NCBI RefSeq assembly: GCF_001186125.1
Contig: NW_014040511.1
Coordinates: 1-42,429 of the forward strand
Reading direction: 5' to 3'
From: Sphaeroforma arctica JP610
Lineage: Eukaryota
DNA length: 42,429 nt
In this document: positions 1 to 14,875 of the stretch, in pieces
How positions within the stretch are numbered: the first letter of the stretch is position 1
Layout of the letters: every line of letters begins with the position of its first letter
Translations under genes and position numbers: made by a program
The notes under the pieces: generated by a model
The model's input: only the letters and a program-made list of their open reading frames with translations
What the model was told of the DNA's origin: nothing
The model's database searches: none

Positions 1-143
1 GTATGTATGTATGTATGCGTATATATATATATATATAAGAAAGCTGTTCGATTGTGGATGTGCTGGTTTGTCCTACCCTGATCGAACAGAACGGAATGAA
101 ACGAATCATATTTACGTTTCTCTTTCCATTCAACAGAGATATG

Positions 144-297
144 ACTATTTGGTTAGTCTATATGCAGTGCTTACTCTTCCTTCACTGATTTGAGTACTAC
201 TGCTTCGTCCATAGGTGGTTTTACTATTTGGTTAGTCTATATGTAGTGCTTACTTCTCCTTCACTGATTTGAGTACTACTGCTTCGTCCATAGGTGG
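144..297. repeat. Tandem duplication (79-bp period) of the intron 3' end and splice acceptor
   Basis: actatttggttagtctat...cgtccataggtgg at 144-218 and 223-297, nearly identical. Confidence 0.9.
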
Positions 298-377
298 CCC
301 TTGCGACCAAAGTAGATGGAGGTGACACAGCCGTGCAGCTCAATGTGGCGCAGCAATACGTGTCCGCGTTCTCAGAG
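294..377 (+). CDS. STOML2: Stomatin-like protein 2 (SPFH/Band 7 family), internal coding exon
   Basis: tag|GTG...GAG|gta boundaries; translates VALATKVDGGDTAVQLNVAQQYVSAFSE, matching the SLP-2 'GG.A..L.VAEQYV.AF..' motif; phase 0 at both ends. Confidence 0.85.
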
Positions 378-651
378 GTATGTTCCAGAGTTTAAAGTTT
401 AGGGTTTAGGGTTTGTGCGTGTGGTATATGCTCATGTACTACGATCACCTTACAACACCACCGCAGTGTGTGACGGAATGGACGTTCGTCCACACGCAGA
501 GTATCATAGTAGTTTTGTTCCGTCATGTGTGGCAGAGGTCGTTGCCATTCATACTATAACACACACGTCTACCAGCGTGTCTTGTGCAGTTCACCGGTGA
601 TTTATTTTTACACCGTTCATAGCCCTAACATCATCTCACCACAACTTTCAG

Positions 652-720
652 GTGGCCAAGGAAAGCACCACCCTCCTGTTGCCCGCTAATGTAGGGGACC
701 CCAGTGCTATGATTGCGCAG
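652..720 (+). CDS. STOML2: Stomatin-like protein 2, penultimate coding exon
   Basis: ctaac branch site and cag acceptor, gtagta donor; VAKESTTLLLPANVGDPSAMIAQ matches the SLP-2 'LAKE.NT.LLP.N.GD..SM.AQ' C-terminal motif. Confidence 0.88.
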
Positions 721-1681
721 GTAGTATCGATTGATAGGCGAGTGTGCGTCTGTGTGATGCGTGGTGTATGTATTGGTGCAGTCTGTTCTATTTTTTTTGT
801 TTGTTTGTTTTTGTGCTGTTTTGATGGTTTCCCATCGCTACTACCCTACGTGTGGTGTTTTGAGCTTGCCTGTCAACTTGTATTTCCATGAGGGCGATTG
901 GTTTGCTATTGGTTTGTGTGCGGAAAGGATAAAGTAGAGTATGGTGACGGATGAATATTTGAGGCATCAATGACACCTCTTTTACTGTTGTATATATATA
1001 TATATATAATATCCTCCTCTGCCGTCCAGTGTTTGTATGTCTTCGAAATTAAAGTATCGTGAGAACATATCAAAGGGACAACGAGTGTGATGGTGTTCGT
1101 TTCCATCGTCAGTAAGAAGGTTCGGCAGTAGCAACACTGTACCAACTCCGTCATAGTTCAGCGTGTTCAACTACCGCCCAAGTGCAATAAAGCACTCGTT
1201 TGGCGCTGAAGTTTATCTGTCTCTGCAAACTCAGTTTGCGTGTACTGTGACATATGTATCGTTTGTTAGACTCGTTTTTAGACAAAGTTATGGTCACGTG
1301 CTGGTGTGTCGAAGTGAAGCTATCAACCTCTAACCAGCTACTCCAGCTTAAAGCGTATAGGAAGTGAACTGTTTAACAGCCGTATCTGCTGCAAGAATAC
1401 TGTTTCGGCACCTAATATCAGTGGCCAGAGCTATGTGCTTGTCTTTTGAAACTTGACACAGACTAACTCAAACAGAGAAGTGAACATCAGCCTGATCATG
1501 CGTATAGCGGCGCATATTATATATACATCATTGGTTTTGTCTTCTTGTTCATTCACTGTGGCATTTGCTTGTAGCACGTAATTAATTAAATACTGCTTTC
1601 ACAAGGCATTGTCTTGCAAGCTTGTATACTGAGCGCGGCTCCACCCAACCATTAACTGATTTATTTTACACTCTCCACTAG

Positions 1682-1744
1682 GCCCTCTCAATATTCAAAA
1701 AGGTGAACAGTGGAGAGGCTGCGACAAAGTCCTCGTCCTCGTAA
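1682..1744 (+). CDS. STOML2: Stomatin-like protein 2, terminal coding exon
   Basis: ctgat branch-like site, pyrimidine tract, tag acceptor; ALSIFKKVNSGEAATKSSSS* continues the 'AQA..I(Y/F)' motif in frame. Confidence 0.7.
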   Translation, partial: ALSIFKKVNSGEAATKSSSS

Positions 1745-2185
1745 ACACACAGCCTGCGTTGGTGCCGCCAGTCACGCTTGCGATCTCAGGTGAACTCGTC
1801 GAACCACTGGGGCACGACTAGTCCTTTGATACCTTTGATAGGTCGTCACATCGTATGATTACTCTCGGAGACTATGTGCGATACTTTGGTCCCTCGCATA
1901 GTAGTTATGGAATACGCCGTTCTCGCATTGATCAAATGGACTTTGATTGCTGTATTCTGAACTTGATATGACAACAGAGCCGGTCATGTGCATACAGGGA
2001 ATACAATGGCTGTGAAGTACACCGCGAGTCGAGTTATTACAGAAACATTTCACAGTCAATAAATGCAACAATTCATTGTGCCGCCTACGTTGCTCTTTTT
2101 GTCTTCAGCACGCCGTTTGCGATTATGATCCACAGCACCGAACCGAGTATGGGGATGTGATAGAACTAATTAGATTCAATCCTAA

Positions 2186-2724
<539 letters not shown>

Positions 2725-4399
2725 TATGATGAAAACTTGGGGGTGCTTCACAGTTCACACTATACTTTGAAAGCCCATGCTTAAGTTGAATAATATGCAA
2801 TGCTGAGTAGATTGTGTCTATACCTTGAGAGTCAAGAGTGTGAATATCGTGAAGTGTAGTAAATAGATTGTCAATAGAGTGTAGACTAAATAGATAGATA
2901 GCTCGTAAATATTGTTTTGGACGGGCAGCTATGCTTTTGAAATTGTAAATAGACTATGTAGTAGTAGACGGTAGTAGTCAGAGGACGGGAGAGTCCGGTC
3001 CTAGAACAAGGGCACAGGACAGCCCTACCTCCGGACCTTAGGAAAAAGACGACTCGCATGTTAGTGACTGCGAGATACCAGGAGCCTGAGACTCCTGATT
3101 GAGACTATCAAGCCCCCCCTTGGGTCGACCCTTTTATACGCTGGTTCTAGCGAGGCTAGCCCCACAAGCATAGTTTCACGATAGTAAACAACGTGTATCG
3201 TTGAGTTTACTACAACTAAACTATACTAGCCAATTTAGTGAAAAGAAGTGTTCAATGAAGTGTAAGTGTAAAGTACACCATGATTAGTTTTTTACTGCCT
3301 AGTTATACTTCTGTGGCCCAGTCCCTCGCCACCTACTATGGAAAACTTTGAATGCCAACGTTAATCTGCTTCTCGCTATTGGAGAAGGCCAAGTTTTCAC
3401 GAAAATGTACCTACATTGTGGCGGATGATGTCAGGGTCAACTTACTGCTCCGGCACGTTGACCAGGCGGTCCAGATGAAGATGATGACGGAGCTTGGTTT
3501 TGGTGCCACAGTAGCAATAATTGAACGCTATCTCATTGCGCACTATGGTGCATCTGCACACCTGTGCCGCCTGGGAAATGTTTCCCACAGTGTTCTGGTT
3601 ACTGTCTGGCGGAGAACGCTAATCCAGAAACCCCAGATGCAATCTCCATGGGGGATACTGGCATCGGCATGCTCGAGGCGGCCGGATTAGGGTATAGTCT
3701 TTGTGCCAACCAAGGCAACCACCGATCGGTACCTTTCCACTAACCGCCCCCGACGCTGACCTCAGCTACGTCATCACTCATCGTCACATCACACCTGATG
3801 ACAGGGCACGATACCAACTCACCCCACACGAGCCGCCAAGCAACAAGCGTGACCGCTCACTCAGCGCCCACGATCGACCTCGCTATCGCTCTGTGCTTCA
3901 GCGTTCGCAAGCGCGTGGCAGGCGACAACGCTCATGGCCATGCCATAAAATACATCGTACACACTCGGCCTACTCAGCACTGCCACCTTCCAGGCCCAGT
4001 ATGTTGCGGAGTACACCAGCCGTCGTGTCAAAAGCTACACGGCGCCCCCAACCCCACTGCCTGCGACAGTACACGAGGCCCCCTCCAACAGTAGCGCCCA
4101 CACCAACCCCTTCTGCCCAAGCATACACTGCTCCGGTGACGGAGACTGTAATTAATCATCGCTGAACACACCACTAAGTACTCACGTCAATGTAAACGTG
4201 GCAACAGGTACGGATGACAGCAGAAGGGGCCAGGATCGCGATCGTACGAGTCCAACCGAAACCAACGCTACGATCGTGAGACACACACACAGCGGGGACG
4301 TACGGAATTTGGAAGTACCCCGACACACAATCGTATAGAAAACGAGTTCCTGCCCTGACATTATACGATTTGAGTCATTTTGGGTTTTAGGAAACCCTT

Positions 4400-6390
4400 A
4401 ACCGAATATGACATCGAGATGATGCCTACCCTGACCTCTTGATGATTGAGACATGGCTACGCGACCTGTTGATTCATCCTCAATTATCGCCCCCTGAGTG
4501 CGACCCATGCACCTTCGCAGCCCCATTGAGATGGCAAATGCGAATGACTAGAGATATCGTCCAACTCCATGTCTCACTCATCGCTCATTGGGCCGATTTC
4601 ATTTTCACTGCACTCGGTCGCTGGCGACCTAGGCAGAGTGCTCTCTGCACATATATCTACCTCCACTAGCGCAATTTCTGATTCTCACGAATGATGCTGA
4701 TATATGCACGTATCTTCCATACGTTTGGTATATATGCCGGCTAGACATGTCTGGACCACCTCCATACAAATAATTGTGTCCATATAGCCACTTCCAACTA
4801 CCAAGGCTCTTTCGACATGGGAAGTCATCGTGCGAGATATTTACAGGGATGCCACAAGCAAGACATGTTCCACAACCAGGCAGTCATGCCGCAAATGTTC
4901 ACATCCATCGACGCACGTGAGGTTCTCCTCCTGGTTTAGCACAAGGCCTTGTCAGAACTCCACACGTACTTGAAGGAATCACGTACGGCTCTGCGGACGT
5001 TCATCACAGCAGCCTACACGGGCGAACTCAAGGGGGACATTCTTCAAACATTTTTCGGTATGTACAGGTCTACATACGCGGCAGTCTATACACCAGAATG
5101 GGCTCGGGAGACTCCGTGGCTTGGGCTACCGTAACGAGGGTGACCGTAGCGACTATACTCGCGGACAATCCCTGCATCATGACTCTAAGGTCGTCTGCGG
5201 ACGCTCCTACAATAGACACCGCTCTTCATCCACTGGTAGGGAAAGCCAATATAATTCCGGCCGTGACGCGTGACAACCGCAATGGTCCTGGATGACGTTA
5301 TTCCCAGGACTCAACGCGCACAAACATTCACATATGTACCAAGTGTCGATTCCGTCACTTAGACAAACTCTGCCCAATGTGCCGTATTTGTAAGCAGACA
5401 GGTCACTACTCGAGGCGCTGCCCTAACAAAGTGACCTCGGTTTGATACTCCCCGTAAACATTGACAGAGGGGAGGTACAACTACCACACACCCCTAGCTC
5501 GCCCATGAGCCATCACTACGACGGTAGATTCACTGTCTTTGTATACGATATTGAGCACAACCACTCACCCAACACTGAACACGATGGCACACAAATGAAT
5601 ACTCCCAGCAACGGTGATTGGATAGGACCTGTAGTACATGCAGCATAAACAGAGGTTGACTTTGTATGTGTTGACACCGGTTCAAAACCAGTCATGCCTT
5701 ATCTTCCTTTGTCGAGCGACTTATCTTCGGGGTACAAATGGTTTCACCAGTTATTTACGAGGGTTCGGGAGGTTGGGGGGCAGGCAACCCCTGAAAAAAA
5801 CAGGTCACATCTGCCCTAGTACTGAACGTAAAGGCACCGAATGACACCCCGACTCTGTAGGAAATCAAACCGGTTGCTTTCGTTGTCTCTGTCTTGCTAC
5901 CCAGAGACTGTGAAGCTTTATCCGGGTTTGATCACCTCTAAGATAATCTTAATGGATCTTTTGGGACCAATCAATCAACCCCTGAAGTTTCAACTCGAGC
6001 TCCCGAGGGAAGTGCCCTGTTGGTTTTCGTATCTGAAGAACTGACGAACATCGGCCTTCCTCAATATGACCCGCGCGCCACGCTATATCAATGATGTCTT
6101 ACTGCAGCTATATCTGAAGGAAGAAGTCCGTCCAATCGGTACGTAATCAGACCCGGTTTTCAGAGCATTGGAGATCGCAAATATGGAACGTAGCTATACG
6201 GACGCTATAGCCGAAGAAGTAAAGTAATACAGTCAATGAGCTAGTTCTGTAAGGATAGTACAGAACGATTCCAAGGTGACTTGGACATATGTGGATCGCT
6301 ACTGGGTATTCTTGACTACACAGGGGCTACCTTACATCCACAACAGCTGACAGACACTTTCAGCAGCAACGTTGCCTTATGGAGGGGGTT
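4400..6390 (+). mobile_element. Decayed LTR-retrotransposon-derived gag-protease remnant (Copia-type protease); boundaries approximate
   Basis: 5335-5445 reads CTKCRFRHLDKLCPMCRICKQTGHYSRRCPNKVTSV* (CX2CX4HX4C knuckle); ~5655-5690 reads VDFVCVDTGSK; a shifted frame gives YLRGTNGFTSYLRGFGRLG; purine tract ggagggggt at ~6381; no RT/IN seen. Confidence 0.6.
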
Positions 6391-6984
6391 AATAATGAGT
6401 TGAGCTATGCTATGCAACACTACATGGACACAACATTGTGTCTCACCAAGACATTCAAAGCATAGTACGTATCTGCAAAGAAATCGACATATAATTAGAA
6501 CAAAAAAAGTACCAGTGGACTGTTAGGGTTCAAAATCCCTAAAGCTGCAGTAATAGTAGTGGCCAGAATTCACCTCTTGCCTTCGTTATATCGCCGGTGA
6601 CTCAGGCACAGCCGAAGCAGTACAATCTTGATCAAACACTATATTTTAAATGGAAAAGGGATCCCTCAACATCGAGTTTATGTACATCCATACAAAGCAA
6701 TAAAGTATTCGAAGCTGTATATTACATATATAGCTTGTTATATGCACACGGTGACACATTGATTTTTTTCTATATTATACAATACACATTGCTGATACAT
6801 TTGACTGACAACCACATGCATTCGTAGTGGCTACTCTGGTACATCTATAGCACAATTTTCAAAATGCAGGATTCGAACTGCAAAGAGGTCAGAAAAGAAA
6901 TAAAAAGCGGGGGGGGGGGGGGGGGGGGGTATTGCTTGAAATAAATATCGCCGCCTAATGTAGGATAAACATTACTATCCCTAA

Positions 6985-7317
6985 TGTAGAGTTTGAAAGT
7001 CCCAGATAAGATATGGCTAAAGGAGATAATAAGCCTCTTATCAAGCGTGAAGCTCTCAGCTTGGTAAAGTCCTAGACTGCTGGCTTCACATTGAATCTTT
7101 TATTTGCTGTTTATGGTTCTTCACTAGACTCAAATTCTACTTGAGCGTTTCTCGCACACGCGGGGTCCCGATATCGTCTACCGGTTTTCTTGCTATATGT
7201 CTAATGACTCTAATATCATGAATTTTAGATCCAGACCCCAGGACTCGGTATTTGATAGTTCTGTAGTTTTTGGAATATTAGATTGGCTTCCTGATAATCT
7301 GGTACCTAGATGCTACA
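6985..7317 (-). mobile_element. LTR-A copy (~333 bp)
   Basis: Reverse strand begins tgtagcatctagg and ends ...actctaca; aligns along its length with 24535-24871; no TSD. Confidence 0.85.
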
Positions 7318-7417
7318 GAGTAGTGGTCGGGGTAGGGTCAATAGAGGGTTCTGAATTGGGGTCTGTTTGAGCGAGCTTGACACCGGGTCAAGTAGTTAAT
7401 TCTGTAGCGCAGTGTAT

Positions 7418-8900
7418 CTAACAAAATAGCTGTTCTGTACGTGTGGTAATGTAGTAGAACGTCTGTCTTAAACGAAATGTTTTCTGGTCTCCGGGGGACT
7501 CAGGGGAAAGTGATGGAGCAACCGACGCCTTGGAGGTAATTCTGTGCCATTGTGCCTTGTGCTTTTGTTGTATCCAGGTAAGTTGACCCGAGGAGTGGAG
7601 GCAGCCGCGGCATGATAAGTGTGTAATGCGGTTCTCAGCTAATTTGAGTGGGAAAATTACATATTCAAGATTAGTTAATGCTAGGTTTGCAGTTAGAAGT
7701 ATGTAATTGACTGTATCCCCGTTTTCGATAAGAAGTGAGTCATCAGGTGGCGCGTTGGAGGTGGTGCGGGCTACTGGTATTGTTACTCGAGCAACAAATT
7801 CGACCAGGTGAGAAAATTTGTTTTTATTCGAGCGTTGGGAACAGACTATGTCATTGAGACCATGATAGTTACATGTGTGACAGGTACGTGTGGTGTTAGT
7901 GCAGTCATATTCAATATTAGTCTTGATACCGCATTTTCTACATCCCATGGAGCATACAGATAAGGTGCGGTCAGACTGGCAGCATACATATCATTTTATT
8001 TGACGAGGTGTTGCCTGTACATGAAGTCGGTTGGTTTGGGTTTCGGTAATCATGCGGACAAGGTCTTCGATTGCGTCATTGTATGGAGAGATATGCGCGA
8101 CTGGTCTAAGATTAAGATAGCGTTGGGGTACGGGTGTGAAAAGCGTTGGGGTACGGGTGTGAAATGCGTTGGGGTACAGTCACTGCGAAAGTCTTCGTAT
8201 ATTTTTCAATGTTGTCATTTTATTTGAACGAGATATACATTATGAACTTGGGCTTGTTGGGCGGAGGGAAGACCGTCAATAAATAAATTATGTATGACTA
8301 TAGGACCACAAGTGCTACTTTGGGCCTCAGCAGTCTGAATGACCTATTCACAAAGTTGAGACCAGTCTTGGAGGCAATCATTTGGGTCTCTGGTAAACTC
8401 AGATATGATTAGTTGGTAGTTTCCATGGGTGTGAACGATTGATGGAGACTGTAAGCTTGAGATGGAGTTTCTTAGAGAATGTACCAAGGAGTGCGTCCTA
8501 ACGCTTTGATAGGAAAGGTCCTCTTTAGAAGCATCGATTATTCGAATATTTTGAGGGGAGGGAATGGCACTTCCGTGATATCAGCAAATGTCTGAGCAAG
8601 GTTGACCTGGGCTTGGGTTGAACTTCACAGAAATGGCATACGAGGGTATGATCCATCTATTGTATTGAGAAGTATTAACCATGCCTAGATTGGCATCTGA
8701 TTCATTGGTGTTGAACCTATCAGAAGCGAGTAGGGTTCTGGCTTCAATAGCAATTTTAAAGATCGAGAGATAGAGAGTATGTCGAGATCGTCGAGTTGAC
8801 TAGTCGATTGCCTGGTGAAATATTGCCCATAATCTATAGAAGCTTGTCAAAGAAATTTCAGTAAACGATTAAACTTTAGTACAATTTGTCATACTAATAA
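7418..8900 (-). mobile_element. Decayed gag (double CCHC) + Copia-type protease remnant; 5' limit approximate
   Basis: ORF 7418-7948: GCRKCG...CTNTTRTCHTCNYHG...CSQRSNKNKF then LLIENGDTVNY...FPLKLAENRI...RGCL, homologous to the 21036-22608 element. Confidence 0.65.
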
Positions 8901-11900
8901 TATATTAGACTAAAATACTTATAATCCAGCATGGTCCAACGGTGTTGCCATGCTCGAGGAGTGAATGAGAAAAACCTTTGGTGAGAAAAAGATATGTCAG
9001 CCGCTTAGAGTAAAAAGACCGATTTCCAAAAACAAAATAAAAAGCAAAACCCGTAAAGTCAGCCATTTGAGATCATAGGATTGGAAGAGAGTTTTACTCA
9101 ATGTGCAGAGGATTGAAGAGGAGTTTTCTCTCTGTTCAGTTGAATGGAAGAGAGGCGTATTTATTGATGATTGATAGGCTGCTATTTTACTGAAATGCAT
9201 GGAAAAGGATATATGAGAAAGTACAGTATAAGAGGGTGCTCTACCGAGTTAAATCCTTCACTCTACTAAAGATTATGACTACTAGAGTAATCGTTTAGTC
9301 AACCATATTTTTTAATGAATTATCGAGTTTGGTGGAAAATGTCATACATGGAAAAAGAAATATTGGTGCCAGTGTGAAGGCATGTGAGAGGTGAGCAGGT
9401 GACTGTGTTGTTGGTGAGGTGGACCTAAGGCGCAGAAGATCAAGGCATATGGGACTGCAGTGAAGAAGGGTGGATCGAGACCAGCGATCTTGCTGTTGCA
9501 AGAGGTGACACCGGATACCAGATTCAAGCTTGAAGCGTTTTTCAGTGGTCGAAAATTAAAGTGGTCGAAAACTAAAACTGAAAGAATAGAACTCTGTATT
9601 TAATCTTCAAGTATTTGTTTTGGTAAGTAGCCGGCGGACTTTGCGAAGTTGATTGGGGCTTGACGTAGTAAGCCGGACAATGTGGTTTCGGCTTTAAGAA
9701 GATTGATTGCCGTCAAAGAAGCTAAAAAGGTGGTGAAAGAGCAGAACGCTTTCAAGGAAATTATGTTTGAAGACGAAGGAAGCGAAGACAGCGAGATAGA
9801 TACCAATGACAAGCAAGTGCGGGCCGCTACCAAGGCGTTATTGAAGGTTACCAAGGAGTTATTGAAGGCTACCAAGGTGCAGTATGTGGCAGTATGAGGA
9901 TCTTGTTGAGCAGATACAAAAGAATGCATTAAAGTAAGGTCAGCATGGTTCTAGGTGGCTTGTGCCTTTGTTACGTGGTGACATCGGTCAGATTCTATGG
10001 TGGCACTGGCTGGCGATAAAGTTGTTTGAAGGAAGAAGATACTAGAGGATCTGAATGATCTGATGTCTTGTACATTCAGTTTGTTGAAAGCTTTGTTGAT
10101 AGGAGTAAGGCAGATAAAAACATGGTGCTGAAGTTGTTTGAGAGAGGTGGTCTGGTTGACGTGTTAAATCAAAGGACATGCGTGAGTGAAGAAACAGGCT
10201 GAAAAGGAGGGGGTGAATAGGGTTTTGAGTTTTAGTTCATGTAGAAGCTAAGAACAAGGAGTTCCAGGCGACTACTGCAAAGCAGGTGGCAGGTGCAGGA
10301 TTTAATGCGATTAGTAATTTGAAAGGAATGTGCAATGCTTGTAAGGAGTCTGGGCAATATGATATGGAGTGACCAGTACTGAAAGAAGTAGTATGTCATT
10401 TCAGTAGAAAGAAAGGGCACTTGGCTCGGCTCTGTCCGGCTGAGTGGCAATCAAGCGAGTGCTGCAACATGTGTTGCACTTGAGGGGGCATGCAACACGT
10501 ATTACTTGACAGTTCCAAAGATAGTGCCTAAGGTACAGGAAGGAATCTGAATTATGATGATGAGAAAGGGCGAATCATCGGTTGGATACACCTTCTTTTC
10601 CTCTTCCGACCGAGTGAGATGTAGTCAGGAAGTCCCTGGAACGGGTTTATTTGGGGATTAGAATTTATTTAGTATTAGGGTTTTTTAAAGACTATATTTT
10701 GATCTGGGGTTATCCACTCAGACTAAACTGATTGGGAAAACACATTATCAAAACAATAACGTCAGGAATAGTTCAATAAATGAACAACGCCACCCCATAT
10801 ACAAGGGGAGTACGTTGAGATACAGTTATCTTTACGACTTACTACATTTTTAACTGATTTATATGATGTACACTATTGAACATATCCTGAATAGGAATAG
10901 ATACTAGCAGGGCCCATAGGACCCAGAGTAGTAAAGGATAAGAAAAACATTATAGTAAAAGAGGGAATGAGATGGCTCAGACATCGACAACGGAAATGAC
11001 ATTTCCCGGCGTAGGACGACCAAGAGAAACCGACACAGGCTGTGGTTTTGTTATCAGTAACCCTACTGACAGTATGCCAGCACTTTTGACAAACAGCAGT
11101 AGCGTATCAGGGTCAGAAGAGTTTAGAGGAGCTCAAGAAATTGGGAGACACACAAGACGTTTGGGACAATATAACCGTAGACGAAGGACATACGTTCGCC
11201 GCCATCTAGACCAGTTGAATGATAGGGTAGAGGTACCAGAAAGCAAAGAGAGGATGACCGAAGAGCCGGACCTGCTGGGAACTACGCCCGGAACTAATAC
11301 AATAAGGAGTCGAACAAGGAGACATGAAGGGTTGGGTCAAGATCAAAGAAATCCAACAATAACATCGCCATGGACACTAAGGACACTCCCATCACATCGA
11401 TATATACCGAGTTGGACGTCGACACATCCACAAGAATCACATGAGAAGGACAAGAAGTATGGAGAGGACACAGAATGACACTTACAACAACGTGGAGAGT
11501 GAACAACAAAAGTACAGGTAGGTGTACTTGTTCAAAGTCCCTATGACATCAAGAAAGCGGTAGAAACATCGAAAAGGTACATAATAGGGGTGCCCGCAGT
11601 ATTGTGACAGTTATGATTGTTCTTGGTGTTGCCCACACAGAACAGGTAGAACTCCAGATACACATGAGGGACAATCACTAGAAGTAGGTAAATAGAATAG
11701 CAAAAGCAATAGACATTGAGCACACACAAATGCACAGATACAGGACAAAGTAACTAAAACAGGGTGAGCACAGACCAGTACAAAAGGGGGTGATATCGTA
11801 TAATACACACACGGAGTATCAGCTGCTAGCACATCGATAGATACGCACACGCGTGAGAGATCACAGAAATTGCAGACACATGATTGTAGAACACAAATAC

Positions 11901-14668
11901 ATTTCGGAGTAATACAATAACAAAAGATGTGATGCTGTGGGTGAAACATGTGCCAGTGAGAGTGAACATGTTCATGCAACAGTGACATTGTGTACAGTGA
12001 GTAATTAGAGCCACTAAGGGGGTTAGGAGTCGTACGAATGAGAGGCGAATGTGAGTTCGTCGGACGGGGATAGAAAGAGCAGCCAACTAACGTGTTTGAG
12101 AACAGGCTGGAGAGGCGTCTGAGGGACAACCGGGAAGAGCAGGCGTAGTAGTGAGACGGAGTAATAATAGGCGAGAGTAAGGAGTCCCATCAAGGGAGTA
12201 AGGGCACGATCTGACAGAGTAAGGAGCACTCGGTACGACATCCGGGGCTGGCAAGGAGCAAGGCCGATCAAGATGAACATCGTCGAGGCAATAAGATCAC
12301 GGCACAAGAGCAGGACGTGCACGATAGGGCACAAGAGCAGAACGTGCACGATAGGGCACACGAAGGAGATGTTTCGTACGATGAAAGGAAGAGATCATAG
12401 AGACGACGAGTACTTAAGACAAAGAGAGGAGTACCCCCAGCATCACATCGTTTATCTATAACCCGCAAGAACAAGATAATTTAATTATGACCAACACCCG
12501 ACAGAGTGGTCGGCAACAGCATCTCTCTCCGGAACAACACGAACGAGAGGACATCCATCAACCACTGAACAACCTTGTCGATGAACATCGGACAAATCAG
12601 TCGGTACTTCAACGTGCGCTAATGGCACAACAGCATCGTATTGGGAGAATTACGACACCTAGAGATGTGGACTTCACGGAGCAGGAGTCGGGGACCCCCG
12701 ATACATTGGGAGCGGCACGCCTATCGACACAGAACCATCTTCAGGCAACGATGACACTGAGAAAAAACGTGAGCAACACAGCGGGCAAGCGTCCTCATAA
12801 CCATCCCAGAGGGGTGAGACGAAGCCGAAGTCGAGACAGCGGTACCCCAGAACAACTGACGAGTCTCCTCCGGCGACAACAATCACTGCTAGAGAAGTAT
12901 TATCGACGACTGCAACGTCTACAACGTACTACCACACCTCCGATACCAGACAACTTGGAGTTTCGCATCAGAGAGGCAGACCAGCCTCGACACGGGTTAG
13001 GTTATACATCGTCGGACCAGGAGGGGAGGTAGTCACCGCAGGAAGAAGTGATCGCTATAGGATTTTAACCGGGCCCGACAGAACCCTCACGGCAGAGAAG
13101 CATTGGATAACCGTCGTGATAACATGGAGACATCATTGCATACACAACGACAGGGGGTCGGCAATTCGAGCACGAAGCGGTAAGCGACATGCTACCGGCA
13201 CAACGGATGCTTGAACGCACACCGTCGAGTCAAGTGGCTTCTGCAGACAAGCCTAGAAGTCTCGACCAGCAGTACACATCCCCTACACCGGAATGTATTG
13301 CAGCCGATCGTCAAGCATTACACGCACGGATGCTCAAACTTTGGAGGAACTATGTAGTGCGGTGGAGACTAACAATTTACCGCGAGCAGAGGCGCTACGA
13401 GGCGTGCTGGAGACACCACGAGCAACGCATGATTCTCGACCGGCGAACAAACAGGAACCGCGGGAACCACGTAGCTGGACAGAGTGGCCCTCTAACAGAT
13501 ACAACCTTGGTAACATCATGGAGCGCGATACAAAAAGGGCATTACAAGAAGCCCTTAAGAACACACCGATTTTGGATCTCACTAGATGAAGCGTGGAGTT
13601 TTCGGTGGTTGTACAAAGTGTTGAGTCATTTCAAAGCCGAACAATTTACGCTTGATTATATTAAATCCAATCATCAACGTCTAGTGGCGTGGACACCGGA
13701 GTTGCAGATTACGCAAATTTGTTCACATGAGACTCAGTCAACGGTCGACTCTACATTTCGTAAGCTAGCAAAGAGACATCTCAAACTCAGCAACGTTCCA
13801 GTAATAGAGTAGATTACTTATCTTATGGAGAATGATCGTCGAGCACATGAACGCTGTCAAGCCGATGCAGACTTTAAACAGAACTTGTTGAACCACTGCA
13901 TCGTTCAACTAATGGAGGATACTCTTGGCTCGCGGACATATGGACGCACCTGACAATTACATCTAAAGTGGCAACTGATGGAAAAGCATGAGTTATTGCA
14001 GCTATTGAGCCCGGATATCCAAAAGGTACAGATACGGTCCACACAACGGCTAATGAACCGTCGAGGTCATAATGGGAACACAGGCAGGAGTGATACAACA
14101 GGCCGACCCAGCCCACACACAGGACAACGTCAGCAACGACAGTGGCAAGAGCGATCAACAGCAACGACTACACCAATGACAAGTAACGGCTACCGCGCAC
14201 AAGCGCCACCAGGCCTCCGACACATACCACGATGCCATCACTATAGGGCGGCACAATCAGGGATGCAGGACAATAGATCGAGATCGGCAGATACCAATCT
14301 TCAGTCGAGATACACATTCGGTACAACGACGACATCACCACAAGGGCAAGGGTACCAACAATCATAGTATCCCAACAGGCAACCGGCGATTACCACATCG
14401 ACACCACATGTTAACGTGGTCACGCATGATCATCCAGTCCGGAACAGAGATATAAATACATTACATTTTGATGGAGAATGCCGGGCAAGGCGTAGACTCA
14501 TATTCGACTACACTACAGTCCTCATGGACCCCTTTACCGGAGCAACCCTAAGATATAAGGGTGTCCGATGATGATGTATCACTTACGTTTACACATACAC
14601 TGCAGGCAGAAATGGCGATCCAAGATCCACTACTGCCTTCCGATAATCGTGTTTACATCCAAAAGTAG

Positions 14669-14875
14669 ATGAATGGGCGTACATTCCGTGCGTTGGTGGA
14701 CACAGGTGCAAACCTTAGCTGCATTGCTCGGGCATCTGCAGACCTCTTAGGACGACCAATCACAACCGGTTCATTAATATACTTGTCTCACAAGGCAGCC
14801 CGAACTCATCGTCTAGGGACAACGGAAGTATTACCGATACATTATGGATCAGAAATCATCAACGGATCGTTCTAA
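14669..14875 (+). pseudogene. Gypsy-1 aspartic protease
   Basis: NGRTFRALVDTGANLSCI (DTG motif). Confidence 0.85.

Noticed and set aside
398..414. tttagggtttagggttt telomere-like repeat
   Set aside because: Only two units, inside an intron; not evidence of a telomere or interstitial array.
6860..6885. B-box/T-arm-like tgcagttcgaatcctgca followed by tttt on the minus strand
   Set aside because: No A box, D arm or acceptor stem visible; cannot call a tRNA or SINE.
9300..12470. Purine-rich coding-like stretches and ORFs (e.g. 9682-9897, 10972-11478)
   Set aside because: No recognisable motif; probably decayed element sequence, but I cannot assign it.
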